From Octopus vulgaris (Eukaryota): DNA of 64,000 nucleotides. The notes beneath the pieces are model-generated. The model did no database searches, was not told the origin of the DNA, and was given only the letters and a program-made list of their open reading frames with translations. Every line of letters begins with the position of its first letter. Positions within the stretch are counted from its first letter, which is position 1. Location: positions 76,260,001 to 76,324,000 of the forward strand of contig OX597826.1 of the NCBI GenBank assembly GCA_951406725.2, written 5' to 3'. Position numbers and translations under genes: made by a program. Below, in pieces: positions 23,770 to 36,685 of the stretch.

Positions 23770-24325
23770 ATGTATAAGGTCAGTAGTCTACAAAGATAAA
23801 CGTGATTACCAAACTTAATTACACTGACGTAAGTACATTTTGTTGTTTGTTGTGTCTAGAGAGGGTCCTTATGCTAATATTATTAACACACGCACTGGTT
23901 CAATTCCACTTCTTTATTATTAGTCAATTGGTTCAATAATTGATTGTTTGTATAATTTTTATTTCACGAACAATAAAACATCGCAGTTTAAAGATTTTGT
24001 TGGTATTTCGCGATTCCAAAATGTTTCGAGTTGGATTTTCTTATGTAAGGTTCTTACTTCATCATGTCTCGTAGTTAGATAAGGTTAAGATGAAATTTTC
24101 GCACAGCTACTTATGATGTGACTGACAGCATCAATATTTATTCTAGAGAGCCTGCATCGGCGGTCGAGTCTTGGGGACTTACCTGCGTTCCTATATTTTT
24201 TTTATAAATCAGGTATTTTGCTGCATATATCTATGTTTCTTTGCATGTATGCATGTATGTGTTTATGTATGCATGTATATATATAAGAGAACAAAGTGTA
24301 CGTACGCCACTATATATATATATAT

Positions 24326-24466
24326 AAAATGCAAAATGGGACAAGAAAGCAAAACATCCGGACAGCTAGGTGATACAAAAAGGGACAACAAAACATCCAG
24401 AGAGAAGATACAAAAAAAAAACACGGACGGGTCATTCGAAGCCTTTTATCTTCAGTCAAGAACCGG

Positions 24467-24472
<6 letters not shown>
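24326..24472. repeat. Interspersed repeat family P2, copy 1 (possibly Penelope-like terminal repeat)
   Basis: aatgggacaagaa...gggtcattc...tcttcagtcaag matches 44678-44802. TA-flanked; its right end is locally re-duplicated at about 24523-24575 and 24929-25010. Confidence 0.6.
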
Positions 24473-24527
<55 letters not shown>

Positions 24528-24569
24528 TCAGTCAAAAAGATATATCATTTATCTTAAGTCAAGAACCGG

Positions 24570-24613
<44 letters not shown>

Positions 24614-24616
<3 letters not shown>

Positions 24617-24910
24617 TTATATATAAAAGTGAATTTGTGTGTCTGTCTCCTACGATTTAGATTCCTAACTACTCCCATATTTTGCGGTGCAGTTTAACCA
24701 AAACCGGGTATCTTATAGTCGTGATTCATATCGAGCCCTTCTGAGTATTAGCGCGTCTACGATGAGTCTACGATTTAAAAAAAAAACTTACCATTATTTC
24801 TTCCCATTTTTAATGCATTTTTTGCTATTATATAAGGGAAGTAACTTTCTAAAAATGCTTATATAGTTATTTCCCTTACAAACCCGAACAACGCCGGGCG
24901 ATACTGCTAG
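24614..24910 (+). mobile_element. Non-autonomous Helitron, family H1 copy 3 (shorter)
   Basis: A|TC...CTAG|T, inserted in a (TA)n tract. Confidence 0.85.
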
Positions 24911-25002
24911 TATATATATATATATATATATCTTCAGTCAAAAAGATATATATTTTATCTTCAGTCAAAAAGATATATCGTTTATCTTAAGTCAAGAACC
25001 GG

Positions 25003-25083
<81 letters not shown>

Positions 25084-25384
25084 ACAGTTATAATTTTAGA
25101 AATTCTGCTGTCCTCCTCGATTTCAGTAGAACATGTATTCATAGTATATTGTATGTGAGGATTGATGATTCAAAGTCCATTTCTCAGGATATTGACATAG
25201 AAATTCTTTCTTTTGCTCTCACTTATAATTATTTATAATTTTCATCTTTAAAGGTAGTTTGATATGCTAGCCACTTGATGAAATTTTTGAAAAATTTTTA
25301 TCCTATATATATATATGTTTATGTATACGCATGCCTATCTATATGCATGCATGTATGTACGTATGCATATCTATATGTGTTTGT

Positions 25385-25775
25385 GTCAGGTCACTTTCGA
25401 GTGCTACTGGTAACTTGTAACCCAGTACAACCTGTTTCCATGGTCGGGTCGTCGGCGACTAAACCGGCAACCCCACCAACCTTGCTTGGTGAGGAGGGTG
25501 TTTATTGGACACCCTGCGAGATGTAAAACAAAACCCGTCAAAGGGCGGAGGAACTCTTGAGAGTCAACGGCCATCCAATAAATGTCTTAAGGATGTGTCA
25601 TGCGCGGGGACATAGAAATAATCGGACTGAATACCCGATCGCGCGGTTAAACCATTGGGAGTGAAGGATTCCTAGCCTTTGTTAGGGCATCCTTCTAGGA
25701 GAAGGTAACTCATGTAACTGGGATAACTCCGACATAAAACCTGCGGCTCAGTGGTTACCGATGATGTTGACTTGT
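25385..25775 (+). mobile_element. RTE-like LINE 5'UTR fragment
   Basis: GC-richer island containing ccttgcttggtgaggaggg and agcctttgttagggcatccttctaggagaaggtaactc...aaaacct, which resemble RTE 5'UTR motifs as I recall them. Confidence 0.5.
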
Positions 25776-25977
25776 TCTTCTTTTCGGATTATGGCTGATG
25801 TTGCTTAGTGAGTGGGATTGACTCAGTGCACATCCTTTCCTCACTTTAAAAATAATCTTCTTGCACAGGCATTGCACGATAACAACATTGATTAAGCTTC
25901 GTGCAATGGCCATACTCGATAACGAGGGGGCAGCCACCATGTATTTATGTATGTATGTATGTATATCTGTTTGTATG

Positions 25978-26023
<46 letters not shown>

Positions 26024-26284
26024 TGTATGTATGTATGTATGTATGTATGTATGTATGTATGTATGTATGCATGTATGTATGTATGTATGTATGTACGTAC
26101 GTACGTATGTGTGTGTTGAATTAAAGTTAGGACTTGTGCGTGGACACTCGTTGGACTGAATTTTAAAAATCTCTGAAAACAAGAAGGAGTGGTCATCCCG
26201 GAACGACCTCTTCCTAAACAGCATCATCTAAATTGGTAGACTAATTAAATTCAAGAAATGAATTTTAAAAATGCAGTTGATTAC

Positions 26285-26345
26285 CTTCAGGTATGACTTC
26301 TAAGTTTTCCTCGTCAGAAACGAAGTTAGTTGTTGCTTCGTCCAT
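26285..26345 (-). CDS. SLC22-family transporter, coding exon 1 (MDEATTNFVSDEENLEVIPE+G)
   Basis: ATG at 26345, 61 nt, then a GTAA donor. Its phase 1 joins exon 2 in frame (G+CT=Ala). No homology is expected in this N-terminal tail, so support is splice phase only. Confidence 0.7.
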
Positions 26346-26382
26346 CTTTGAGATTTGCTTCGAAAAATCGAGAGGCGAGCTC

Positions 26383-26388
26383 TTTATA
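26383..26388 (-). promoter_or_regulatory. Possible TATA box of the SLC22 gene
   Basis: TATAAA about 38 nt upstream of the exon-1 ATG. The region is AT-rich and the implied 5'UTR would be very short. Confidence 0.25.
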
Positions 26389-26671
26389 TTGGTATCTGCT
26401 TCAGAGAACCTTGACCTGCGTCAAGTTTATCACAATGAGTGCCCAGCCGGTATCTTAATAGCTTTCTCTTAGGAACAGACACGTAAACTAGTGATATAGC
26501 TGTCTGTCAGTCTGTCTGCTTGCCTGTCTGTCTCTCTGTCAGTCTATGTATGTATGTATGTATGTATGTATGTATGTATGTATGTATGTATGTATGTATG
26601 TATGTATCTATCTGTCTGTATGTATGTCTGTCTGTCTATCTGTCTGTCTGTCTGTCTGTCTGCCTACCTGC

Positions 26672-26731
<60 letters not shown>

Positions 26732-27659
26732 TTATCTATCTATCTGTCTATCTATCTGTCTCTCTGTCTATCTACCTGTCTGTCTATCTATCTATTATCC
26801 ATATTTACTTATTCATCCTACGGTAGACTCATTAAATGACCCCCACCCTAAATTCACAAAGACATTCCCTTCATCAACACCGGGCCCTTTCTCCCTAGTC
26901 CTCTCCCCTCACTCTTTCTTCTTCCTTTTCCTATTCTTATTCTTTTCCTTAACAAGTTCAGACATTTCCCCACTTCCATAGATTATCTCTTCGCAGACAC
27001 GCTTTCCTTCTTCTTCTTCTTCTTCTTCTTCTTCTTCTTCTCTCATTCTGTGCTTTCCACGCATTTTCAGTCGAATCTCCTCCCAGTCAACATGGGATCT
27101 CTTGACGACAATGTTAACTTCATTTGATTAAGCTATCTTTGGCCCTACGATTAGCTAGCAGATTAACCCTCGTTTGGGCAATTACTTCTTCCGAGGTTCT
27201 GCTAGTTATGAAAAAAAGGGGTTGAAGAAAAGCATTACAAATCCCTACAGCTGTTTCTAACTCGCTTATCCCTAAATTTTACTGCTCTATCCGCTCAAGC
27301 TTAATTCTCTTGAGCACTGCTGAGTGTATTCTCTGCGGAGAATATCTGATTCTCCTCTACCAACTATAATACATATGAATATACGTATGCGTTTATGAGT
27401 GTGTGTTCATGTGTGTATATGTGTATGTTCTTGTATCGCTGTATATCTTCAGTGTAATTTTTCCCTCCCCCGAAACTGGCGAGTAAAGTACCTTTACTAT
27501 GGCCCTGTTTAAGATGATAACGAGTTGCTGATGAGGAATAAATTAACAAGAGATCTTATTCATTAGAAATTAATTAACGTTCCATTAGCACATATTATCA
27601 AATATTTCTGTGCCTGAGAATTAATAGTCACGGTGTGAGAGGGAGAGCGCGAGTGTGTG

Positions 27660-27746
27660 TGGGAGAGAAAGAGAGAGGGAGAGAGAGAGAGGAGGAGGAG
27701 AGAGGGAAAGAAACAGAGAGGGAGTGAGAGTTAAGAAGAGAGACAG

Positions 27747-27787
<41 letters not shown>

Positions 27788-27993
27788 GGAGAGAGAAAGA
27801 AACAGAGAGGGAGTGAGAGGGAAGAAGAGAGACAGAGAGAGAGAGGAGAGGAGAGAGGGAAAGAAACAGAGAGGGAGTGAAAGGGAAGAAGAGAGACAGA
27901 AACAGAGAGAGAGAGAGGAGAGGTGAGAGGGAGAGAGAGAGATGAGAGAGGAGCGAGAAAGAAATATATAGAGTGAGAGAGGAGAGGGGAAAG

Positions 27994-28045
<52 letters not shown>
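27660..28045. repeat. Polypurine (GA)-rich tract with a higher-order repeat
   Basis: gggaaagaaacagagagggagtgagag..aagaagagagacag recurs 3-4 times. Confidence 0.9.
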
Positions 28046-28049
<4 letters not shown>

Positions 28050-28089
28050 CGAATGGAGAGAGATAGAGCGATGTCCGGCTTTCGGGAAC

Positions 28090-28476
28090 AATTTATCTTT
28101 TTCATAAGTTACAGTTTATAAGAAGTTTCTTTTTTTCTATTTAACAGGCTCTTAAATGGTTACCATTGTTTTGAATACACATTGCAACACGTTTACCTGA
28201 ACTCATTGTGAACTCGTAACAAGCACATCTGGTGATAACACATCTGGTGATAACACATCTGGTGATAACACATCTGGTGATAGATGTGCAAAGGAGCTGG
28301 TGATGCGTTCCTTCAAACGATTTCTATCTTTTACCTTTCCGCGATACACCTTTCAAATAATGACCCCAAAGATAGAAATCAAGAGAGGTCAGATCATGGG
28401 ATCTAGGGGATTTTATAAACTGTCTCTTATGAAAAAAAATTTTTTCTTATGTATGGGAGACTTTTGAATCCCTCTG
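28090..28476 (-). mobile_element. Tc1/mariner transposase C-terminal remnant
   Basis: Minus-strand PRSHDLTSLDFYLWG (like PRSPDLTPLDFFLWG) and RVAMCIQNNGNH. TIR-like ta|cagagggattcaaaagtct at the right end. Confidence 0.6.
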
Positions 28477-28812
28477 TAGAAACACTTCTGTACTGTATAT
28501 TTATATTATTATATATTATATTATATTATTATATATTTTTATTGTAGTTTTTAGCCCCAGGAGGACACACTCCTCCAGCTGGCCATAGACACACTTTCTG
28601 TGTCCTGTCAGTATTTGCAAATGGCAAATATACGTCACGATGTGTTAACGCTACTGTATATAACTCACTTTGATATTTATCATTATTTTTTATTATTATA
28701 TTTATTATATTTATAATTTGCATATATTGATTTTATTATAAATGCATAACAACACCGAAGAGGAATCGACGTAAGCTTAAAAAATAAACCACGATATGGC
28801 GAAGGATATACT

Positions 28813-28892
28813 ATAATATAATATAATATAATATAATATAATATAATATAATATAATATAATATAATATAATATAATATAATATAATAATAA
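28813..28892. repeat. (ATAAT)n pentanucleotide repeat
   Basis: Directly visible. Confidence 0.95.
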
Positions 28893-29239
28893 TCTCCCAG
28901 TTAATGATGTAAGGGAGATAATGAGAAGCATATAGTTTTGAAGAGTTATGTCCCTGTCACTATAAATCTGATAGCCTCTCACTGAAGAAAATTCGTTCAT
29001 TGTGTTGGGATAAACTCATTCCGAACAAGATTTCTTCCTTGGCGTTTTGGATGGCAGAGCACAGTAAAAAGGTGGAATTTGATGGGTTAATTCTAATTTC
29101 CTGTTGTTAGCGGGTGACTATGGCCTGCAATTGCTGACGAGATGTACATACACATATATACAGTCGCACGCACACACACACACACACAGAGTTACACACG
29201 TACATATATGTATGCATACATACATACATGTATAATTTG

Positions 29240-29573
29240 TGAAGGGTAAAGACCCCTTTCGGTCACGAATGACCCTGGGCTTGCACCTAGAAAGTTACCT
29301 TCCGAAGTACAAGGTCGAGCAAGTTTATTTATAGAAGACCAGCAGTCACCCATGCATACCAACCTCCCCTCTTCACACCACCGATGTTATCCAAGGCAAA
29401 GGCAAAGGGGCCGATACGGCTTCGCACCAGTGACACCGCAACTCATTTCTACAGCTGAGTGAACTAGAGCAATGTGAAATAAAGTGTCTTGCTCAAGAAC
29501 ACACAACACGCAGTCCGGTCCGGGATTCGAACTCACTACATCATGATTATGAATCTGATGCTCTAACCACTGA
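29240..29573 (-). mobile_element. tRNA-derived SINE with S3-type core and a different tail
   Basis: Minus strand cagtggttagagc...gagttcgaatccc head and gttcttgagcaagacactttatttcac core. Confidence 0.78.
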
Positions 29574-29666
29574 AGAGGGAGTGCATCAGTGTATAAGCCA
29601 CTCCAACAGCATGGCTCATTGGTTAGAGCATCGGACTCACAATCATGATGGGAAACAAGTCGGGAC

Positions 29667-30872
29667 TTGGAAACCAGTTATCCTAGAAATTTATTGCAAC
29701 TTCCTGCAAATTTCCGAGGAGTGGGAGATACATCCCGAAAAGTTCCGTGGAAGAAGTACTCCCTGGAAAATTCCTTGGAGGGGAGGTATTCCCGGAATAT
29801 TATGGAAAATTCATGGAAAATTCCGAGGAATGGAGCTGATTTCTGGAAAATTGTTGAAACTTCCTGGAAAGTTCCGAAGAGGGGGAGGTACTTCCTGGAG
29901 ATTTCCGAGGAGAGGGAAATACATCCAGAAAAGTTCCGTGGGAGAGGTACTTGCTGGAAATTTCTGAGGAGGTGGAGGTACTTCCTGGAAATTTTTGAGG
30001 AAGTGGAGGTAATTCCTGGAAAATTGTGACATCTTCCTGGAAATTTCCGAGGGATGTACGTCCTGGAAAATTCCGAGAGAAGGTATTCCTGGAAAATTCC
30101 GTGTGGTATCATTTCGCAGAATATTACGACAAATTCATGCAAAGTTCCGAGGAAGGAGAGGTACTTCCTGGAAAATTATGGCATCTTACTGGAAAGTTCC
30201 GACGAAGGGGAAATACATCCTGGAAAGTTCCACGGAGAAGGCACTTCGTGGAAAATTCCAAGGAGTGGAGGCATTCTCGGAAAATTATGGCAAATTCTTG
30301 GAAATTCCGGGGAGGGGAGGTGTTTCCTTGAAAATTATTGTAACTTCCTTGAAAGTTCCGAAGAGGGGGTATTTCCTGGAAAATTGTGAATCTTCCTGGA
30401 AAGTTCCGAAGAGGGGAAGATACATCCTGGAAAGTTCTGTGGAGGAGGTACTTCCTGGTACATTCCGAGGAGGGGTGGTATTCCCGGAAAATTATTGCAA
30501 ATTCATGGAATGTACCGAGGAGGGGTTACTTCTTGGAAGATTCCGAGGGGAGGAATTCCTGGAAAATTCCGAGCGTCGGCACCCGGAAAATTGTGGCAAA
30601 TTCATGGAAAGTTCTGAGGAGTGCGAGGTACTTTCTAGAAAATTATTGGAACTTCCTGGAAAGTTCCGATGAGGGGAGATGCCTCTTGGAACGTTCCGAG
30701 GAGGAGAAGGTGCTTCCTGGAAATTTATTGCAACTTCCTGGAAAGTTGCGAGGGTGGGAGGTTCCTCCCGAAAAATTATGGCGTCTTGCTGGAAAATTAT
30801 TTCCTCGGAATTTTCCAGGAAGTACCTCCTCCACGGAACTTTCCAGGATGTATTTTCCCCTCCTCAGAACTT
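29667..30872. repeat. Complex degenerate satellite with ~21 and ~30-bp units; last ~70 bp inverted
   Basis: Units tacttcctggaaagttccgaggaggggagg and ttcctggaaaattattgcaac alternate. Confidence 0.9.
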
Positions 30873-31746
30873 ACGTTCTAAATTATAAAGAAACAGTAGA
30901 GGCGAACCTAAGACGTAAACTGGGGCAACTGAATTGATTGACATTAAAAATCGATTTTATAAACGCAAACATTGATCGGTCATCTCAAGTGGAAAATGTC
31001 CAACGGTTTCATCGGTTCTTGCGTAAGACAAGTTTTCACAAATTCAAAAGTTACCCGGTGCATTGTAGATAAGGTACAACAATACAGAAATAGTAGCTTC
31101 AAATAAAACAATGCAGTGTGCTGTGCCGTTTGTGTGAGTGAAAAATTAAGAAGGTACAAATGGTGTGAACAAAAGAACAGAACTGTTAGCGCATTGTAAG
31201 CCTGCATCTAAGTACCTGAGGTGTAATTATCAGCCTCTTCGAATTTCGTTCTTGTTCGAGGATAAAATCGTTGATTTTGAGGTGTTTTCAAAAAAGAAAA
31301 CAAAATGAGTTGCGTGCATACATTGTTCTAAAAGTATTAGTTGTGATTAGGTCATTGCAAACCTGTAACCAAACGATGGTATTGCTCACTAGCTGCGGTA
31401 TATGATTAAAAAGCATAAAAGCATACTGTATGGTAATGTATGATAAGGTTTTAGATTTTATAATTGAGTGGAGTAAGAAATGAAACGTGATGTGGAGTGG
31501 CTCAGGTAGAAATTGATCATCCAAAGTAAGATCGACTGAGAAGATTAAACAAAATGCACTTTCACACAATACGTGCATTGCATTGGTGTATGTGTGTGTG
31601 TATACATCTCTCCTTCCCCCTCTCTCTATAGATACATACATATATATGCATATCTATCTATCTATATATCTATCTATCTATCTATCTATCTATTTAAGTC
31701 TCTCTCACTCGCTCTCTCTTTACATATATATATGTATGTATATATA

Positions 31747-31796
<50 letters not shown>

Positions 31797-31802
31797 CAAA
31801 CA

Positions 31803-32210
31803 GATTATATTCGTTTATTTGCTTCAGTCATTTGACTGCGGCCATGCTGGAGCACTGTCTTTAGTCGAACAAATCGACCCCAGGACTTATTCTTCGTAAG
31901 CCTAGTACTTATTCTATCGGTCTCTTTTGTCGAACCGCTAAGTTACGGGGACGTAAACACACCAGCATCGTTTGTCAAGCGATGTTGGGGGGATGGGGGA
32001 TGGGGCAAACACAGATGCACACACACACACACACACACATATATGTACGACGGACTTCTTTCAGTTTCCGTATACCAAATCCACTCACGAGGCTATAGTC
32101 GGCCCAAGGATATAGTAGTAAACACTTGTCCAAGGTGCTATGCAATGGGACAGAACCCGAAACCATGTGGTTGGTAAGCAAGCTACTTACGACACAGTCA
32201 CTCCTGAGCT
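31803..32210 (-). mobile_element. SINE S2 full copy
   Basis: Reverse complement of 12380-12779 with an internal (CA)n. Confidence 0.85.
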
Positions 32211-32415
32211 TATCATATGAGTAATAATTTTATATTCGGTTATACATTTTATAGTATACTGTTTAAAGCCTGTTCACAGTATTCGGCTACCTGATGGCAT
32301 CTACAATATGGAAGTATATGCCACTAGGTTTACTTCAGGAATGTCTTTGCGTCCGTACGATTTATAGAAATATGCTACACTCACACCCAAATACATACAT
32401 ACATGCATACATACA

Positions 32416-32448
<33 letters not shown>

Positions 32449-32466
32449 CTATCTATATATATATAT

Positions 32467-32513
<47 letters not shown>

Positions 32514-32517
<4 letters not shown>

Positions 32518-32720
32518 ATCCAAACATGAACAAAGAGAAAATACAACGCAAGGACGTGGAACATGTATAGTGTTATTGGACGCTCAGGACAGGAAAGAAA
32601 GAAGGAGGATTTAACGTTTCGAGCGGAGCTCTTCGTCAGGAACATAGAAAAAGGAAAGGTCCAAGGAAGGGAAGACGGAGAAAGAAAATCGCCAACGATA
32701 CACACGCGGTCACATATTGA
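32514..32720 (-). mobile_element. Penelope-like terminal-repeat element, family P1 copy 3 (hammerhead-like motif 32609-32643)
   Basis: About 205-bp repeat inside TA-rich microsatellite. Minus strand reads CTGACGA-AGAGC-TCC-GCTC-GAAAC-GTT. Confidence 0.7.
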
Positions 32721-32869
32721 ATACATACATATATATATATATGTGCATACTCACACAGGCACACGCATTTATATAAATATGCTTATAAAAATATGAGATA
32801 TATATATACAGATCGATATATGTATGAATATATACATGTATATGGATGGATATATGTATGAGTGTGTGC

Positions 32870-32920
<51 letters not shown>

Positions 32921-33330
32921 GATATATCGTAAGAATTCTACGCATACATATAAATGCGCATACTCATCTTTGGCAATTCTTAACACTAATAGCTGCCCAT
33001 CACCGTGCTCTTCTCCCTCACTCTCATTCGGCATCTTCATTCTAACAGAACACTGTAGATCGGACAATTATGGCAAGACGGTTGAAAATACGTCTTCAAT
33101 TGATGCCGTTCTAAATTCTATATATTCTTTGGTAAATTTGGTAACGCGCCTTCCTGACATAGCAGCGGGTCAGTGTTTGACCTCACTATTCTACTTCAGC
33201 CAAACAGAGAAAGAGAAGCCTGCTTTCGTAAATGAGACATCAGACAATGCGTATAGTGTGTGAGGTGGGGCGTGTGTGTGTGTGTGGTGGTGGTGGTGGG
33301 TCGACGCTCGCATGCGCGTGTTTCTGTCTG

Positions 33331-33405
<75 letters not shown>

Positions 33406-33495
33406 GTGTGTGCGTGTGCGTGTATTTCTGTATATATATTTGTACATATGTGTATAGATATATGTGTATACATATGTATATATATATATATGTAT

Positions 33496-33573
<78 letters not shown>

Positions 33574-33667
33574 ATATATACATATGTATACGTATATATA
33601 TGTATGCATTGTGCATGTATATATATATGTATATATATGTATATGTATTCATATGTATATATATGTA

Positions 33668-33738
<71 letters not shown>

Positions 33739-33826
33739 TGGAAGATTATCGATTTTCTCCTCTATCTACCTCTATCTATATATATAGATAATATAGATAT
33801 GTGTGTGTATGGATATACGTATATAC

Positions 33827-33869
<43 letters not shown>

Positions 33870-34337
33870 AATGCACGCATACATACACGCCCTCATGCAC
33901 ACACGCATACACACATACACACATAGGGAGCAGCGAAGCATCTGCGTGAAAGACAGTATTAAGTAAAATATATACATGTATGTATGCGTGATTGTAGGAA
34001 TGTATAAATGTATTTATGTTTGTATGTACGCATGCATGTGCATATGTATGAATGTATCTATGTATATATATGTATGCGTAAATACACCAATATGTATTTT
34101 GCTGTAATCACATCTACGCTTCGTGCCAGAAATCTTTTGTTCTGATGTAACCAGGTGTATACCTACCTGTCTGCTTATACAAATCTCAAACATAACAACA
34201 CGCGCGTGCACGCACGTATGGAGGCAATGCAAATCAGTGTGTGTGTGTGTGTAAGAAGGAATATACATATATTGTATTTTGCATTCAAATCTACATCAAT
34301 ATATGTATATGTATGTATAGATATAAGTATAGGCATA

Positions 34338-34403
<66 letters not shown>

Positions 34404-34498
34404 CATACATACATACATACATACATACATACATACATACACGTACATATATCTATGTATACAAGCGCGTGTATATATGTGTGTGTATGTGTGTGTGC

Positions 34499-34545
<47 letters not shown>

Positions 34546-35161
34546 TGCGTGTATGTATGAATGTATGTATGTGTTATATTTGGAGAATGTAAAGAAAAGG
34601 ACCTCTGAAGAACATCAAATAACGGTAGGACCTTTAGTGTTGAGCTTTGCAGAAAGGGTCAAATGGACAGAATATCGATGTAGAAAAATCATCTGAGGGT
34701 GAACGCTATGAATGGAACCAAAGACTAACAAGAATGGCCTTGCTGCTCTCCTAGTGCCACTTTTCAATATCTTTGATTCATACAACCATTTCCTTCCACT
34801 ATACACCTCTTCATCTCCAACGCTTTCTTAACCATCGAAACACACGCGCACGTATATATATATGCGTCTCTTACGTATGTGTCTGTGTATACTCAATGAC
34901 GGACATCGCTACCATTGATGTTATCTTCTCCTCCCCCTCCCCTCTTCATTTTTTCGTAACTTTCCTTTCTCTTTCCTCCTCATCTTTCTTTTATTTGCTC
35001 TCCATTCTCTCTATTCTCTCCATTTCTTCTTGTTTGTGTCTTCCTCTCCTTTTCTTATCCTTTTCTCTTTTTGCACTTTTTCTATTTTTCATCCACCATT
35101 TCCTTTTTATATTATTATCATAACCTATACCTTTTATGCTCTCTCTCTCTCTCTCTCTCTC

Positions 35162-35197
<36 letters not shown>

Positions 35198-35596
35198 CCA
35201 CACACACACACACTACTTTCTTTTCTACTCATTTCTCTTTCAATATTTCTCCCCGTAACTCCCTTTCGTACGTTTTATCCTTTCGTTCTTCTTGTCGTCT
35301 GCCAAATAATGGCGCATTTAAAAATCTAACGTTTCCTCGAGTTGCATCGTATATTTCCGCCAGAAAAGTTTGTTATAACGAGAAACGTTTGATAAAATGA
35401 GAGAATTTCAATAATCAGTTGTAATGATCGGAGATATGTGTACCTTTGTGCAAATAATATATCGATCACTTCCCGCAGCGCTTTTGCCTTTTTGTCGTTG
35501 GGACACCTGAATATCTTTTAACCATCTTTTAAACTCTTGATCTTCGGCTTTCCGGTCCTCAACCATTCCAGAGTAGAATTATAGATTGCTGTGAAG

Positions 35597-35880
35597 ACGC
35601 TTGGCTTAGTGGTTAGGGGATTCGGCTCACAATTATAAGGTCGCGAGTTCGATCCAGCGGTGTGTTGTGTCCTTCAGCAAGACACTTTATTTCACGTTGC
35701 TCTGGCAAAAATGGCAAAAATGGGCCAGCCATGTCACATTCTGTGTCATGCTGAATCTCCCCGAGAACTACGTTAAAGGTACGCGTGTCTGTGGAGTGCT
35801 CGGCCAATTCCACGTTAATTTCACGAGCAAGCTGTGCCGTTTATCAATTGGAACCGTGTCGTTGTAACCGACGATGTGCC
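35597..35880 (+). mobile_element. tRNA-derived SINE family S3
   Basis: tggcttagtggttagg A-box, gagttcgatcc B-box, gtgtccttcagcaagacactttatttcac core. The tail is shared with 46857-47020. Confidence 0.8.
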
Positions 35881-35881
35881 A

Positions 35882-35975
<94 letters not shown>

Positions 35976-36289
35976 TTGTTGGTGCTATTTCCATTCCAGG
36001 GTTTCATTAACCCACGAGCATGGTAATTCTGATGCTTGTCTCCTCGAAATATGTTTACTAATATCACGTGAGGAGCTCGTTCACTTCTGATAAGCTCTGT
36101 TTCTTTTTTTAAGCCCACAAGCTACCCTTACACGGACTTCACTGAGGTCAGAAGAAGGAGGCCGCTTTATGCACTGACCATTCGACCTTTAGTACACAGT
36201 ACCCGATTAGAAGGCTATTAGACATGTATAAGAGTATGCGTGTATGTGCGTGTGTTCATCTATACACATATGCTCACATATGTACGTGT

Positions 36290-36685
36290 GTATGTGTGAG
36301 GTAATGTTTTCTTCCAAGTCACATGGTTTCGGGTTCACATTTGGGAAGTGTCTTCTACTGTAGCTTCGAGCTGACCAAAGCTTTGTGAGTAGATTTGGTA
36401 GATGAAGACTGGAAGCCCGTCGTATACACACACGTCACACACACAAACACATGTACACATGCACATACACAAACACACACACACACACGTATATCAGTGT
36501 GTGTCCTACCACAGCGCTTGACAACCGGTGTTAGTTTGTTTATGTCCCGGTTTCTTAGCGGTCCGGAGAAAGTAGAAAACTTGAAAAAAAAGAACAAAGA
36601 AACAAGTGGTGGGGTCGATTTTTTTCAACTAAACACTTCAAGGCAGTGCTCCAGAATGGCCGCAGTCAAGAATAAAAGATAGAAT
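36290..36685 (+). mobile_element. SINE S2 copy (diverged)
   Basis: Same modules. Confidence 0.75.

Noticed and set aside
24432-24460. CTGAAGA...GAA in family P2 (also 44771-44802) and CTGAAGA at about 7777-7783 on the minus strand
   Set aside because: No properly placed GAAA-NUH, so a hammerhead cannot be supported.
29581-30937. Overlapping 100-190 aa ORFs, and a CRISPR-like look, in the satellite
   Set aside because: ORFs are open in several frames on both strands because of repeat composition. There are no unique spacers or cas genes, and the context is eukaryotic.
33078-33170. 30-aa minus-strand ORF MSGRRVTKFTKEYIEF...
   Set aside because: Short, with no recognisable homology or supporting signals.
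35597-35660. tRNA-like A/B boxes here and at other SINE heads
   Set aside because: They run directly into SINE cores and do not form a complete cloverleaf, so they are not tRNA genes.
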